A stretch of DNA of 53,861 bases from Deltaproteobacteria bacterium. GTDB taxonomy: Bacteria; Desulfobacterota; Deferrimicrobia; Deferrimicrobiales; Deferrimicrobiaceae. The position numbers were made by a program, and so were the translations under genes. This document shows, piece after piece, positions 9,016 through 17,660 of this stretch. Location: contig JACRMU010000004.1 of assembly GCA_016219515.1 (NCBI GenBank), positions 1 to 53,861 of the forward strand, read 5' to 3'. The stretch's first letter is position 1; every line of letters starts with the position of its first letter. The notes under the pieces were generated by a model. The model worked only from the letters and a program-made list of their open reading frames with translations. It ran no database searches and was not told the DNA's origin.

Positions 9016-10443
9016 ATGGCGAAATCGGGCAAGAAAGGCATGACCCGCAGGGAGTTCGTCAAAGCCGCCGGCATCGGGACGCTCGCGATGGGAGTTGCGC
9101 CGGCGATCATCCTCCCCGGACGCAGCCATGCGGCCGGGAAGGAGCTCAAGATCCTCGTCTGGTCCCACTTCGTCCCCCGGTTCGACAAGGAATGGTACGA
9201 CAATTACGTGAAAGCCTGGGGACAGGCCAACGGCGTGAACGTCACCGTGGACCACATCGGCCTCGCTGAGATCCCCTCCCGCACCGCGGCGGAAATCTCC
9301 GCGGGCAAGGGGCACGACCTGATCGAGTGGATCGCTCCGCCGTCCCAGTTCGAGCCGAGCGTGCTCGACCTTTCCGACGTCGTGGCGGCGGCGGAAAAGC
9401 GGTTCGGCAAGATGCACCCCCTCTGCAAGAGAACTTCCTACAACCCGAACACGAAGAAGTACTACAGCTTCGTCCCCGGCTGGACCATCGATCCCGGCTG
9501 CTACCGGAAAAGCCTGTGGACCAAGGCGGGAAAGCCGAACGGACCGGTGACGTGGGAAGACCTGATCACCTATGGGGGGAAGATCAAGAGGGAACAGGGG
9601 ATCCAGCTGGGAATCGGCCTGTCCCAGGAGCTCGACTCGAACATGGCGGCCCGGGCGCTGCTCTGGTCCTACGACAGCAGCATCCAGGACGCGAACGAGA
9701 ACGTCGTACTGAACAACCCAAAGACGGTCGAGGCCGTCGCCTACATGGCACGCCTGTACAAGGAGGCGATGGTTCCCGAAGTCTTCGCCTGGACGGCGGT
9801 TTCCAACAACCAGGCGCTCATCGCGGGGAGGGCCGCGTACATCCTCAATTCCATCTCGGCCTATCGCTCCGCGCAGAAAGAAGTGCCGGAGATCGCCAAG
9901 GACGTCTACTTCACCCCGGCGCTGAAAGGCCCGAGGGGGACGGGATTCAGCTGCGAGCACGTGATCTACAACTACATCGTTCCCAAGTACTCCCCGAACG
10001 CCGACACGGCGAAGAAGTTCCTCCTGGACCTGGTGGCGAACTACGACCAGGCGATGTACGCGAGCGAGCTGTACAACTCTCCGGCCTTCTTCGATGCGCC
10101 GATCCCCTCGGGAAGCCGCGGGTACGCAGCGGTGAAGGGAGCGAAGAAGTTCCGGGACCTCCACAACGCATGGTTCAGCAACGACCCCTTCGCGCTTCCG
10201 GGGGAGGAGAAAGGGAAGCTGGCGGTGCTCAAGGATGCGGAGAAGTGGAGCACCAACGTGGGGCATCCGGGACCCGCGAACCCGGCGGAGGGCGAGGTCT
10301 TCGCCACCTTCATCCTGCCGAACATGATGGCCAACGCAGCAAAGGGCATGAAGCCGGAGCAGGCGGTGGCGGAGGCGGAAAAACAGGTTAAGGCGATCTT
10401 CAAGAAATGGCGTGAGAAGGGGCTGGTCGGCGGGAAGACATAA
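9016..10443 (+). CDS. ABC transporter substrate-binding protein, family 1 (sugar type), twin-arginine signal
   Basis: ORF 8962..10443 trimmed to ATG 9016 behind GGAGGAAGGAGGG. TAT signal MTRREFVKAAGIGTLAMGVAPA..SHAAG. MalE/UgpB-like extracellular solute-binding character. Confidence 0.85.
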   Translation: MAKSGKKGMTRREFVKAAGIGTLAMGVAPAIILPGRSHAAGKELKILVWSHFVPRFDKEWYDNYVKAWGQANGVNVTVDHIGLAEIPSRTAAEISAGKGHDLIEWIAPPSQFEPSVLDLSDVVAAAEKRFGKMHPLCKRTSYNPNTKKYYSFVPGWTIDPGCYRKSLWTKAGKPNGPVTWEDLITYGGKIKREQGIQLGIGLSQELDSNMAARALLWSYDSSIQDANENVVLNNPKTVEAVAYMARLYKEAMVPEVFAWTAVSNNQALIAGRAAYILNSISAYRSAQKEVPEIAKDVYFTPALKGPRGTGFSCEHVIYNYIVPKYSPNADTAKKFLLDLVANYDQAMYASELYNSPAFFDAPIPSGSRGYAAVKGAKKFRDLHNAWFSNDPFALPGEEKGKLAVLKDAEKWSTNVGHPGPANPAEGEVFATFILPNMMANAAKGMKPEQAVAEAEKQVKAIFKKWREKGLVGGKT

Positions 10444-10461
10444 GCGTCAAGGCAAGGACGC

Positions 10462-10502
10462 GCGGGGGCGGGGAATTTCTCGCCCCCGCCGCATTTCTTT
10501 TT
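10462..10502 (+). terminator. intrinsic terminator/attenuator after the binding-protein gene
   Basis: GCGGGGGCG (10462-10470) pairs perfectly with CGCCCCCGC (10481-10489) across a 10-nt loop, followed by CGCATTTCTTTTTAAT. Confidence 0.5.
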
Positions 10503-10576
10503 AATGTTTCCGATTAGATCATCGTACGGAACAAGCCGAATCGATAATAAATAAAGCACCGGGGGCTGCTGGCGCC

Positions 10577-11608
10577 ATGGCACGGGTCGAAATCCGCGGA
10601 GTCTCGAAAACGTTCGGGGAGGTCCGGGCGGTCGACCACGTGGACCTCGAGACCGTCGAGGGGGAATTCCTGGTCCTCCTGGGTCCTTCCGGCTGCGGCA
10701 AGACCACGCTCCTCCGGATGGTCGCGGGGATCGAGGAGCCCACCGCCGGCGACATCATCATCGACGAACAGGTCGTGACGAACCTGCCGCCAAGGATGCG
10801 GAACATCGCCATGGTGTTCCAGAGCTACGCCCTCTATCCGCACATGTCGGTCTACCGGAACATCGCCTTCCCCCTCCGCACCCGTGGAGTGGACAAGGCG
10901 ACCATCCGGAAGAAGGTCGAGTGGGCGGCGGGGATGTTCGGGATCGGGCGCCTGCTCGACCGCAAGCCCCGCGAGCTCTCCGGGGGAGAGCGCCAGCGCG
11001 TCGCCCTGGCCCGCGCGATGGTGCGGGAGCCGAGCGTGTTCCTCCTCGACGAGCCCCTCTCCAATCTCGACGCCCTTCTGCGCGCTTCGGCGCGTGAGGA
11101 GCTGCGGCAGTTCCAGAAGCGCGCGGGAGTCACCACGATCTACGTCACGCACGACCAGGTGGAGGCCATGGGCCTCGGGGACCGGATCGTGGTGATGAGC
11201 AAGGGGAAGATCCGGCAGGTGGGGACCCCCATGGAGATCTACCATTGGCCCGCCGACACCTTCGTGGCCACCTTCGTGGGCTCCCCCCCCATGAACCTGC
11301 TGGGGGAGGACGACATCCTGACCGGGTTCCGTCCCGAGACGTTCCTTCCGGCCGACCTGGTGTACGGAACCGAAGGAATCGCCACCTACCCCTTTGAAGT
11401 GACCTGGATGGAGTACCTGGGGGCGGAGAGACTCCTCTATGGAAACGTCGGGGAGAAGTCCCACGCACGACACGTCGTTTCCCGGCTTCCTGGCAGCGTG
11501 AGCCTTCCCATCGAGGCGGGGAAGACGTACCCCTTCGCCGTATCCCGCACCGATCTCCGGTTCTTCGACCGGAAGAGCGGGCTGCGGACGGACCGGAGCC
11601 CGGCGTGA
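10577..11608 (+). CDS. ABC sugar transporter ATP-binding protein (MalK/UgpC/MsmX type)
   Basis: 343 aa. Walker A GPSGCGKTT, signature LSGGERQRVALARA, Walker B VFLLDEPLSNLD, plus a C-terminal MalK-type regulatory extension. Confidence 0.95.
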   Translation: MARVEIRGVSKTFGEVRAVDHVDLETVEGEFLVLLGPSGCGKTTLLRMVAGIEEPTAGDIIIDEQVVTNLPPRMRNIAMVFQSYALYPHMSVYRNIAFPLRTRGVDKATIRKKVEWAAGMFGIGRLLDRKPRELSGGERQRVALARAMVREPSVFLLDEPLSNLDALLRASAREELRQFQKRAGVTTIYVTHDQVEAMGLGDRIVVMSKGKIRQVGTPMEIYHWPADTFVATFVGSPPMNLLGEDDILTGFRPETFLPADLVYGTEGIATYPFEVTWMEYLGAERLLYGNVGEKSHARHVVSRLPGSVSLPIEAGKTYPFAVSRTDLRFFDRKSGLRTDRSPA

Positions 11609-13416
11609 GCGGAACCGTCGGGGAACAGGCCGTGAACGGGACGATCGAGGATCGCGGCGTGAACGGCGGCGAGCGGGGAGCCATCCGGGACCGGGTGGGG
11701 CTTCTCTCCAAGCTGATGATCGCTCCCGCGGTCTTTTACGTCGCGGCGATGATCGGCTTCCCCTTCGTCCTGGCCCTCCTGTACAGCATGAGCGACGTGA
11801 CGACCGGCGACCCCGCTCTCCACCTCGTTGGCCTTCGGAACTTCCGGGCCATCCTCGAAGACCCCGTCTTCCTGCTCTCCATGAAAAACACCTTCTTCTT
11901 CGCTATCGTCTCGCAGGTGCTGGTCATCCTCCTTTCGAGGGTGATCGCCACCGCCCTGATGAAGGAGTTCCGCGGGAAGTGGCTGGCGCGCTTCCTCATC
12001 ATGCTCCCCTGGACGGCGCCGATTTCGCTCGGGACGATCGGATGGCTCTGGATGCTCGATTCCATCTTCAGCCCCTTCGACTGGGTCCTCCGCTATGCGG
12101 GGCTGCTCGGCACGCCTGGCGCGCTGCTGGGGCCGGACCTGAACCTGTATTGGCTGGGCGTGCCCGCTCTCGCGATGGCCTCCGTGGTGCTCGTCCACGT
12201 GTGGAGGATCCTGCCGCTGGCGACCGTGATCCAGCTGGCGGGCCTCTCTTCCATCCCCCGGGACCTCCTCGAGGCCGCGGAAGTCGACGGGGCCACACCG
12301 TGGCGCAGGACGCTGGAGATCACGATCCCGCTGACGCTCCCCATCATCAGCATCGCCTTCCTCTTCGGTCTCGTCTTCACCTTCACCGACGTGACCGTCG
12401 TCTACGTCCTGACCCGGGGCGGTCCGATCCACAGCACGCAGGTGCTCTCGACATGGACCTTCTTCAAGGGGATCGAGGGGGGGGACCTCGCCCAGGGGGC
12501 GGCCATCTCCCTCTTTCTCTTCCCCGTCCTTGCGGGGATCGCGGCGGATGGCCCGGAAGAGCGAGGTGGTGTGATGAAGAGCGTGCGGAAGATGCTGGGC
12601 CGCGGCGGCCTCTACACGGTGGTGGGATCCTTCGCGTTCTTCGGAGCGTTCCCGTTCTATTGGATGGTCATCGCGACGTTCAAGCGGGACCACGACCTGT
12701 TCAACCCCGTGGCCAACCCGTTCCTGTTCAACGAGCCCCCCACCCTGGACCACCTGAAACTCCTGCTGTTCGACACGCACTTCGTGACGTACCTCGCGAA
12801 CACCTTCTGGGTCGGCGCGGCCGTCGTCGTGATCACGCTCGCGGCCGCGGTCCCCGCGGCTTACAGCCTGGCGCGGTGGGCGAGGGGGTGGGGGGAGACG
12901 CTGGGGATCGGGATCTTCCTCACCTACCTCGTTCCGCCCACGATCCTGTTCATCCCTCTTTCCCGGTTCGCCGGCGCCCTGGGGCTGCAAGAATCGCTCT
13001 GGTCGCTCATCCTCATCTACCCCACCTTCACGATCCCCTTCTGCACCTGGCTCCTCATGGGGTTCTTCAAGACGATCCCCAAAGACATCGAGGAGCAGGC
13101 GATGATCGACGGGCTCTCCCGGCTCGGGGCGATGACGAGGGTCGTTCTGCCGCTGGGGATCTCGGGGATCCTGACGGTCGTCGTGTTCGCCTTCACCCTC
13201 TCCATGCACGAGTTCATCTACGCCCTCACCTTCATCTCCGTGTCGGTGAAGAAGACCGTATCGATCGGCGTCCCCACGGAGCTCGTGCGCGGGGACGTGT
13301 TCCAGTGGGGGCCGCTGATGGCCGGCGAACTCATCGCCAGCATCCCCGTGGCCGTCGTCTACCCCTTCTTCCTGGACCGGTTCATCGCCGGTTTCACCAT
13401 GGGGGCCGTGAAGTAG
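11605..13416 (+). CDS. fused MalF/UgpA-type + MalG/UgpE-type ABC sugar permease (single 603-codon frame)
   Basis: GTG start overlaps the ATPase stop (GTGA). The N-terminal half has EAA loop LEAAEVDGATPWRRTLEITIPL. The second module, from Met at 12574, has EEQAMIDGLSRLGAMTRVVLPL. There is no in-frame stop between the two halves. Confidence 0.8.
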   Translation: MSGTVGEQAVNGTIEDRGVNGGERGAIRDRVGLLSKLMIAPAVFYVAAMIGFPFVLALLYSMSDVTTGDPALHLVGLRNFRAILEDPVFLLSMKNTFFFAIVSQVLVILLSRVIATALMKEFRGKWLARFLIMLPWTAPISLGTIGWLWMLDSIFSPFDWVLRYAGLLGTPGALLGPDLNLYWLGVPALAMASVVLVHVWRILPLATVIQLAGLSSIPRDLLEAAEVDGATPWRRTLEITIPLTLPIISIAFLFGLVFTFTDVTVVYVLTRGGPIHSTQVLSTWTFFKGIEGGDLAQGAAISLFLFPVLAGIAADGPEERGGVMKSVRKMLGRGGLYTVVGSFAFFGAFPFYWMVIATFKRDHDLFNPVANPFLFNEPPTLDHLKLLLFDTHFVTYLANTFWVGAAVVVITLAAAVPAAYSLARWARGWGETLGIGIFLTYLVPPTILFIPLSRFAGALGLQESLWSLILIYPTFTIPFCTWLLMGFFKTIPKDIEEQAMIDGLSRLGAMTRVVLPLGISGILTVVVFAFTLSMHEFIYALTFISVSVKKTVSIGVPTELVRGDVFQWGPLMAGELIASIPVAVVYPFFLDRFIAGFTMGAVK

Positions 13417-13457
13417 GCGAAGGACGGGAGGACCCGGCATGGTAGAGTGCTGACGGA

Positions 13458-14603
13458 ATGAGTCCTTTGCGGAAACAAGCCGGGTGCACACCGTTCCTGA
13501 TGGCAGGGTTCGAGGGGACGTCCGTCCCGCATGGGCTGGCCGCACGGCTGCGCGACGGCACGGCGGGAGGCGTCGTCCTCTTCTCCCGGAACCTGGAAGG
13601 ACCGAAGCAGGTGAAGGAGATGTGCCGGGAGATCCGCGCCGCGGCGGGCAGGAGCCGCCCCGCCCCGCTGATCGCCATCGATCAGGAAGGGGGACGGGTC
13701 GCAAGGCTCAAGGATCCGGGCTTCACGCAGTTCCCCCCCGCGCGAAGCTACTCCCTGTTCTGCTGCCACGCCGAACGGGCGGCCGAGTCGGCGGGCGCGG
13801 CGATCGCCCTGGAACTTTCGGCCGTCGGGATCGACGTCAACTTCGCGCCCGTGCTGGACGTGGACAGCAACCCGAAAAACCCCGTGATCGGCGACCGGGC
13901 TCTCGGAAGCGACCCGGAAACCGCGGCGCGCCTTGGAATTGCGTTCCAGCGCGGTTCCCTGTGCGCCGGGATCCTCCCCGTCGGGAAGCATTTCCCCGGC
14001 CACGGCCACACGGATGCGGACTCCCACGAGGAGTTGCCCGTCGTGCGCAGCTCCCGCGGGACGCTTTTTCGCCGGGACCTTCTCCCTTTCCGGAGGGCCA
14101 TCCGCGCCGGCATCCCCGCGCTTATGACCGCCCACGTCCTCTACCCGGCGCTCGACAGGGAGTACCCCGCCACTCTTTCCCGGAAAATTCTTAAAAATCT
14201 CCTGAGGGAAAATCTTCGGTTCCGCGGGGTGGTGTTCTCCGACGCGCTGGAGATGAAGGCCGTCTCCCTGCGGTATGGAACCGGGCCGGCGGCCGTGCGG
14301 GCCCTCTACGCGGGATGCGACGCGGTCCTGGTGTGCCGGGGGGAAAAGGAGCAGTCGGAAGCGGCGGAGGCGCTCTCCCGCGAATGGCGCGACAAGGCGG
14401 ATTTCAGGATTGCGGTTTCGCGGGCTGCCCGCCGCCTTGCCCGTTTTCGGGCGCTGGCATCGGCATCGGGGGCCCGGCGGGCGTCCCTTCGGTTGGCGGG
14501 GGCGAAGAAGCATCGGGAACTGGCGGCGCTTCTTTGGGAACGATGGGAAAGTATTGGGCGAACATCTGCGGCCTATATATCGAATAATATTGGAGAACGT
14601 TGA
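13458..14603 (+). CDS. nagZ: beta-N-acetylhexosaminidase (GH3)
   Basis: 381 aa. Motifs IAIDQEGGRVARL, VNFAPVLDVD, GKHFPGHGHTDADSHEELP and VVFSDALEM. The C-terminal ~60 aa overlap slt on the opposite strand. Confidence 0.9.
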   Translation: MSPLRKQAGCTPFLMAGFEGTSVPHGLAARLRDGTAGGVVLFSRNLEGPKQVKEMCREIRAAAGRSRPAPLIAIDQEGGRVARLKDPGFTQFPPARSYSLFCCHAERAAESAGAAIALELSAVGIDVNFAPVLDVDSNPKNPVIGDRALGSDPETAARLGIAFQRGSLCAGILPVGKHFPGHGHTDADSHEELPVVRSSRGTLFRRDLLPFRRAIRAGIPALMTAHVLYPALDREYPATLSRKILKNLLRENLRFRGVVFSDALEMKAVSLRYGTGPAAVRALYAGCDAVLVCRGEKEQSEAAEALSREWRDKADFRIAVSRAARRLARFRALASASGARRASLRLAGAKKHRELAALLWERWESIGRTSAAYISNNIGER

Positions 14604-16665
14604 GGAAAACCCTCCGTAGATAGAAACGGGTCTCCCGGTAGGTCACGCTTTCCAGGAAGAGCGCGGGATCTTTCTTCCCCTCCCCCCACCACTTCGCCAC
14701 CGCCGCCTCCCCCGCGTTGTAGGCGGCCACCGCGCGGAGGTAATCTCCCCCGTACCCCCGCACCAGGCGAGACAGGTACGCGGCCCCCAACGTCACGTTC
14801 AGCTGCGGCTTCAGGAGATCCTTGCGCCGCGGCTTCTTCAATTTCTCCTTGCGGGCGACCTCGGCGGCCGTGCGGGGCAGGAGCTGCATCAGCCCCACGG
14901 CACCCGCGGGAGACAGGGCGTTGTGCTGGAACTGGGACTCCTGGCGGATTATGGAATGGAGCAGGAGGGGATCCATGCCCGACCTCTTCCGGTCGCAGTC
15001 CCCGACGATCTCGGGAGCGAGGGGAAACTGGATCCGGTCGATCAGCTCCACCGTCGCCGCATTGTTGGGGACGTTCGTCGTCTCCCGGATGGCGCCCCGC
15101 AGGTCCCCCGAGAGGTAACGGATGAGCCCCGACGTCCCTCCTTCCGCCAGCCCGATGGCCTTCCGCACCACCTGCCGGTCGATGCAGGACGCCTCGAGGA
15201 CCGCGTATTCCGGGATCCCCAGGTGGACCAGCCGGTCGACCCGCCGGATCCTTTCCGCGTCCTCCTTCCCCCACCCGGCCTTCCGGACCTTCTCCCAGAG
15301 CCGACCCTTTTCCTTGTCGCACGTCCCGGTCTCGCCGGAAGACGGGGCATTCATCATCCCGTACGGGTCCCGTCCTGAAATCCTGACGGCGAACAGCGCA
15401 TACGGGCCCGCCCCGGGATCCCCCGCGAGCGCGGCGAATCCTTCTTTCGCCTCGTCCTTCCTGCCCGCATCGAAGAGCGATTTCGCCTTCCAGTAGGAAT
15501 GCCGCGCCTTCTCCACGGAGGAAAACCCCGTCTTCTCTCCCGCCGCGAACAGGGCGGCGGCTTCCTCGAACCGATTCCGCCGGTAGTGGCCGAAGGCGTA
15601 ACGGAAGATCGCCTCCTGGCGGATCGCCTCGTCCTTCGCTTCGCGCAGCGCGCCGAAGAGCCCGGTCGCGGCGGCCTCGTCCCCCTCTTCCTCGGCGAGC
15701 CACGCCGCGAGATACCTGGCGCGCTCCGCGGTTCCGGGCCGGACGCTCCCCTCTCTCGCGATCGCAAGAAACGCGGCCCGCGCATCTCCCAGCTTCCCCG
15801 CCTTCCAGTCGACCCGGGCCCGCAGGAACCTCACCTCGTTGCGGAAGGCCGGCGGCGCTCCGGGCAACGCCCGGTCCAGCAGCGCTCTCGACCCCGCCGT
15901 GTCCCCCAGCTTCCGGAGGAGCTCCGCGGAATCGAGGAGGACCGTGTAATACTCCTCGGACGGGGAAAACTTCCGGAGGGCGTCCGAGTAGACCTCCTTC
16001 GCCGCCTCGCTCTCCGCCGCGCGGGAGAGCGCTTTCCCGAACCTTCCGTAAAACGAGACCGGAAGCCCCCATTCCGTCCACTTCCCTTCCGTCCGCCACC
16101 GCTGGAGCCGTTCCATGGACAGGATCGCCGCCTCCTGGGCGGTGTAGGCGAAGAAGTTCTCCAGGTGCGCTTCCGCGGCGCGGACGGAGGGGCCGTCCGC
16201 CTCGAGAAGGCGGGCCGCGACGTACCCTTCCTCCGCCTTGCGGCCGTTCCCCGCCACGTTTCCGTGCGAGTGCTCGAAATGGACGCGGGCAGCGGGAAGG
16301 TCGTTGTCGGCGACGGCGGCGTAGGCCAGCGCATGGGAAAGGTACGGAAGGAGCGGAGAGGCGGGGAACGCCTTCGAGAGGTTGTCGAAAACCGACGCCG
16401 CTTCCCCGCGGAGCCCCTCCCTTGCGAGGGACAGGCCCGTGAAGTACAGGACATAGTCTCCCAGGTCGTACTCCGCGGGCTCGATGTTCCGGAACGACGC
16501 TCTCGCCTCGGCGTTCTTCTCTTCCGAAAGAAGGTTCCACCCTTTCAGGAACGCGGCGTCGAAAGGAGAGGCGGCGGCAACGGGGAGCGGGGGAACCAGA
16601 AACAGGACCGCAAGGATCGACACGGCGCCGAGGCGGCGTGCAAGGGACCGGGTTTTTCGCGTCAC
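14404..16665 (-). CDS. slt: soluble lytic murein transglycosylase (Slt70-like)
   Basis: 753 aa. Signal peptide (AVLFLVPPLPVAAASP), a long alpha-superhelical repeat region, and an SLT domain with the catalytic Glu motif IIRQESQFQHNALSPAGAVGLMQLLP..AAYNAGEAAV. Pro-rich C-terminal tail. Confidence 0.9.
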   Translation of the reverse strand: MTRKTRSLARRLGAVSILAVLFLVPPLPVAAASPFDAAFLKGWNLLSEEKNAEARASFRNIEPAEYDLGDYVLYFTGLSLAREGLRGEAASVFDNLSKAFPASPLLPYLSHALAYAAVADNDLPAARVHFEHSHGNVAGNGRKAEEGYVAARLLEADGPSVRAAEAHLENFFAYTAQEAAILSMERLQRWRTEGKWTEWGLPVSFYGRFGKALSRAAESEAAKEVYSDALRKFSPSEEYYTVLLDSAELLRKLGDTAGSRALLDRALPGAPPAFRNEVRFLRARVDWKAGKLGDARAAFLAIAREGSVRPGTAERARYLAAWLAEEEGDEAAATGLFGALREAKDEAIRQEAIFRYAFGHYRRNRFEEAAALFAAGEKTGFSSVEKARHSYWKAKSLFDAGRKDEAKEGFAALAGDPGAGPYALFAVRISGRDPYGMMNAPSSGETGTCDKEKGRLWEKVRKAGWGKEDAERIRRVDRLVHLGIPEYAVLEASCIDRQVVRKAIGLAEGGTSGLIRYLSGDLRGAIRETTNVPNNAATVELIDRIQFPLAPEIVGDCDRKRSGMDPLLLHSIIRQESQFQHNALSPAGAVGLMQLLPRTAAEVARKEKLKKPRRKDLLKPQLNVTLGAAYLSRLVRGYGGDYLRAVAAYNAGEAAVAKWWGEGKKDPALFLESVTYRETRFYLRRVFLNVLQYYSIYRPQMFAQYFPIVPKEAPPVPDASSPPPTEGTPAGPPMPMPAPENGQGGGQPAKPQS

Positions 16666-16744
16666 GCCTGTACGGGTCCTCCTCCGGAGAGCAATGATGA
16701 TATTATCGCGTTATGCGCCGTCTTTCACAAGGAACCGCGCCCTG

Positions 16745-17590
16745 ATGGAGCTGTCGCTATCGACCCACCTGTTCGTCTTCCGTCCGCTCGACGAAGCGAT
16801 CGCCTCCCTCTTTCCGCGGTACGGCTTCCCGGGAGCGGAACTTTGGGCCATGCCCCCGCACTTTCCGTACGACGACCCCGTCGAAACCGAACGGATCGCG
16901 GATCGGCTGGCGTCGAACGGAGTCCGGATCCGAAGCGTCCACGCTCCGCTCTACCCCGACGTCCGGACGTACCGGGAAGACCGGTGGTACTCCCTCTCTT
17001 CCGAAGAGGAGGAGCACCGGCAGTCTTCGGTGGCCGCCACCGCCCGCGCGGCGGGCTGGCTCGCAAACCATGGAGGCGGGACGATCGTCGTGCACACCAC
17101 CTTCCCCTCCGAAAACTGGTACCCAAGGCGCTGGGCCGCCTGCCTCTCTTCCCTGAACGAGCTTCTCGCGCTGGTCCCCGAAAACGTCCGGTTTGCCGTG
17201 GAGAACACCCCTCTGGCCTCCGGGAGGGTGGAGACCATCCTGGACATCGTGCACCGATATCCCCCCGAGCGTGTCGGCGTCTGTCTCGACCTTGGGCACG
17301 CCCACATCCAGGAAAACGTCCTCAACGCGATCCGCGCCTGCGCCGGCCGGCTGATCCACGTGCACGCATCCGACAACCATGCGATCCGCGACGACCACTT
17401 CGTCCCGGGGCGCGGGTCGGTGCCCTGGGACCGCGCCATCCCCGCCCTTCGGGAGATCGGCTTCGGCGGGCCGTTCACGATCGAACTGCGCGATTACACC
17501 CGCGGGGAGAACGCGCCGTACCGGAACTTCGAGGAGATCCTGTCCGAATGCCGCGACGCGCTCGACGGGATGTTCGGCGGGAGGACATAA
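16745..17590 (+). CDS. xylose-isomerase-like TIM-barrel protein (sugar phosphate isomerase/epimerase family)
   Basis: ORF 16484..17590 trimmed to ATG 16745 (MELSLSTHLFV); an alternative ATG lies at 16694. Metal-ligand pattern of the family: AVENTP, CLDLGHAH, HVHASDNH, FTIELRD. Confidence 0.8.
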   Translation: MELSLSTHLFVFRPLDEAIASLFPRYGFPGAELWAMPPHFPYDDPVETERIADRLASNGVRIRSVHAPLYPDVRTYREDRWYSLSSEEEEHRQSSVAATARAAGWLANHGGGTIVVHTTFPSENWYPRRWAACLSSLNELLALVPENVRFAVENTPLASGRVETILDIVHRYPPERVGVCLDLGHAHIQENVLNAIRACAGRLIHVHASDNHAIRDDHFVPGRGSVPWDRAIPALREIGFGGPFTIELRDYTRGENAPYRNFEEILSECRDALDGMFGGRT

Positions 17591-17660
17591 GTGCTCGCTT
17601 GCAACCATTCGGCGGCGTCTCCGATCGGCCGTCCCGAAAGGCGCTGCGCCTCCGGGCGTC

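Noticed and set aside
8890-10266. Long minus-strand ORF (458 aa) opposite the sugar binding-protein gene. It stands for the whole class of long antisense ORFs in the track: 11437..13704, 19653..22139, 22835..25375, 44199..46604, 47290..49062, 48746..50413 and 51812..53779.
   Set aside because: All lie antisense to genes with clear family motifs. Their translations are monotonous and rich in R/G/P/D/E/H, with no recognisable domains. Such stop-free antisense frames are expected in GC-rich DNA.
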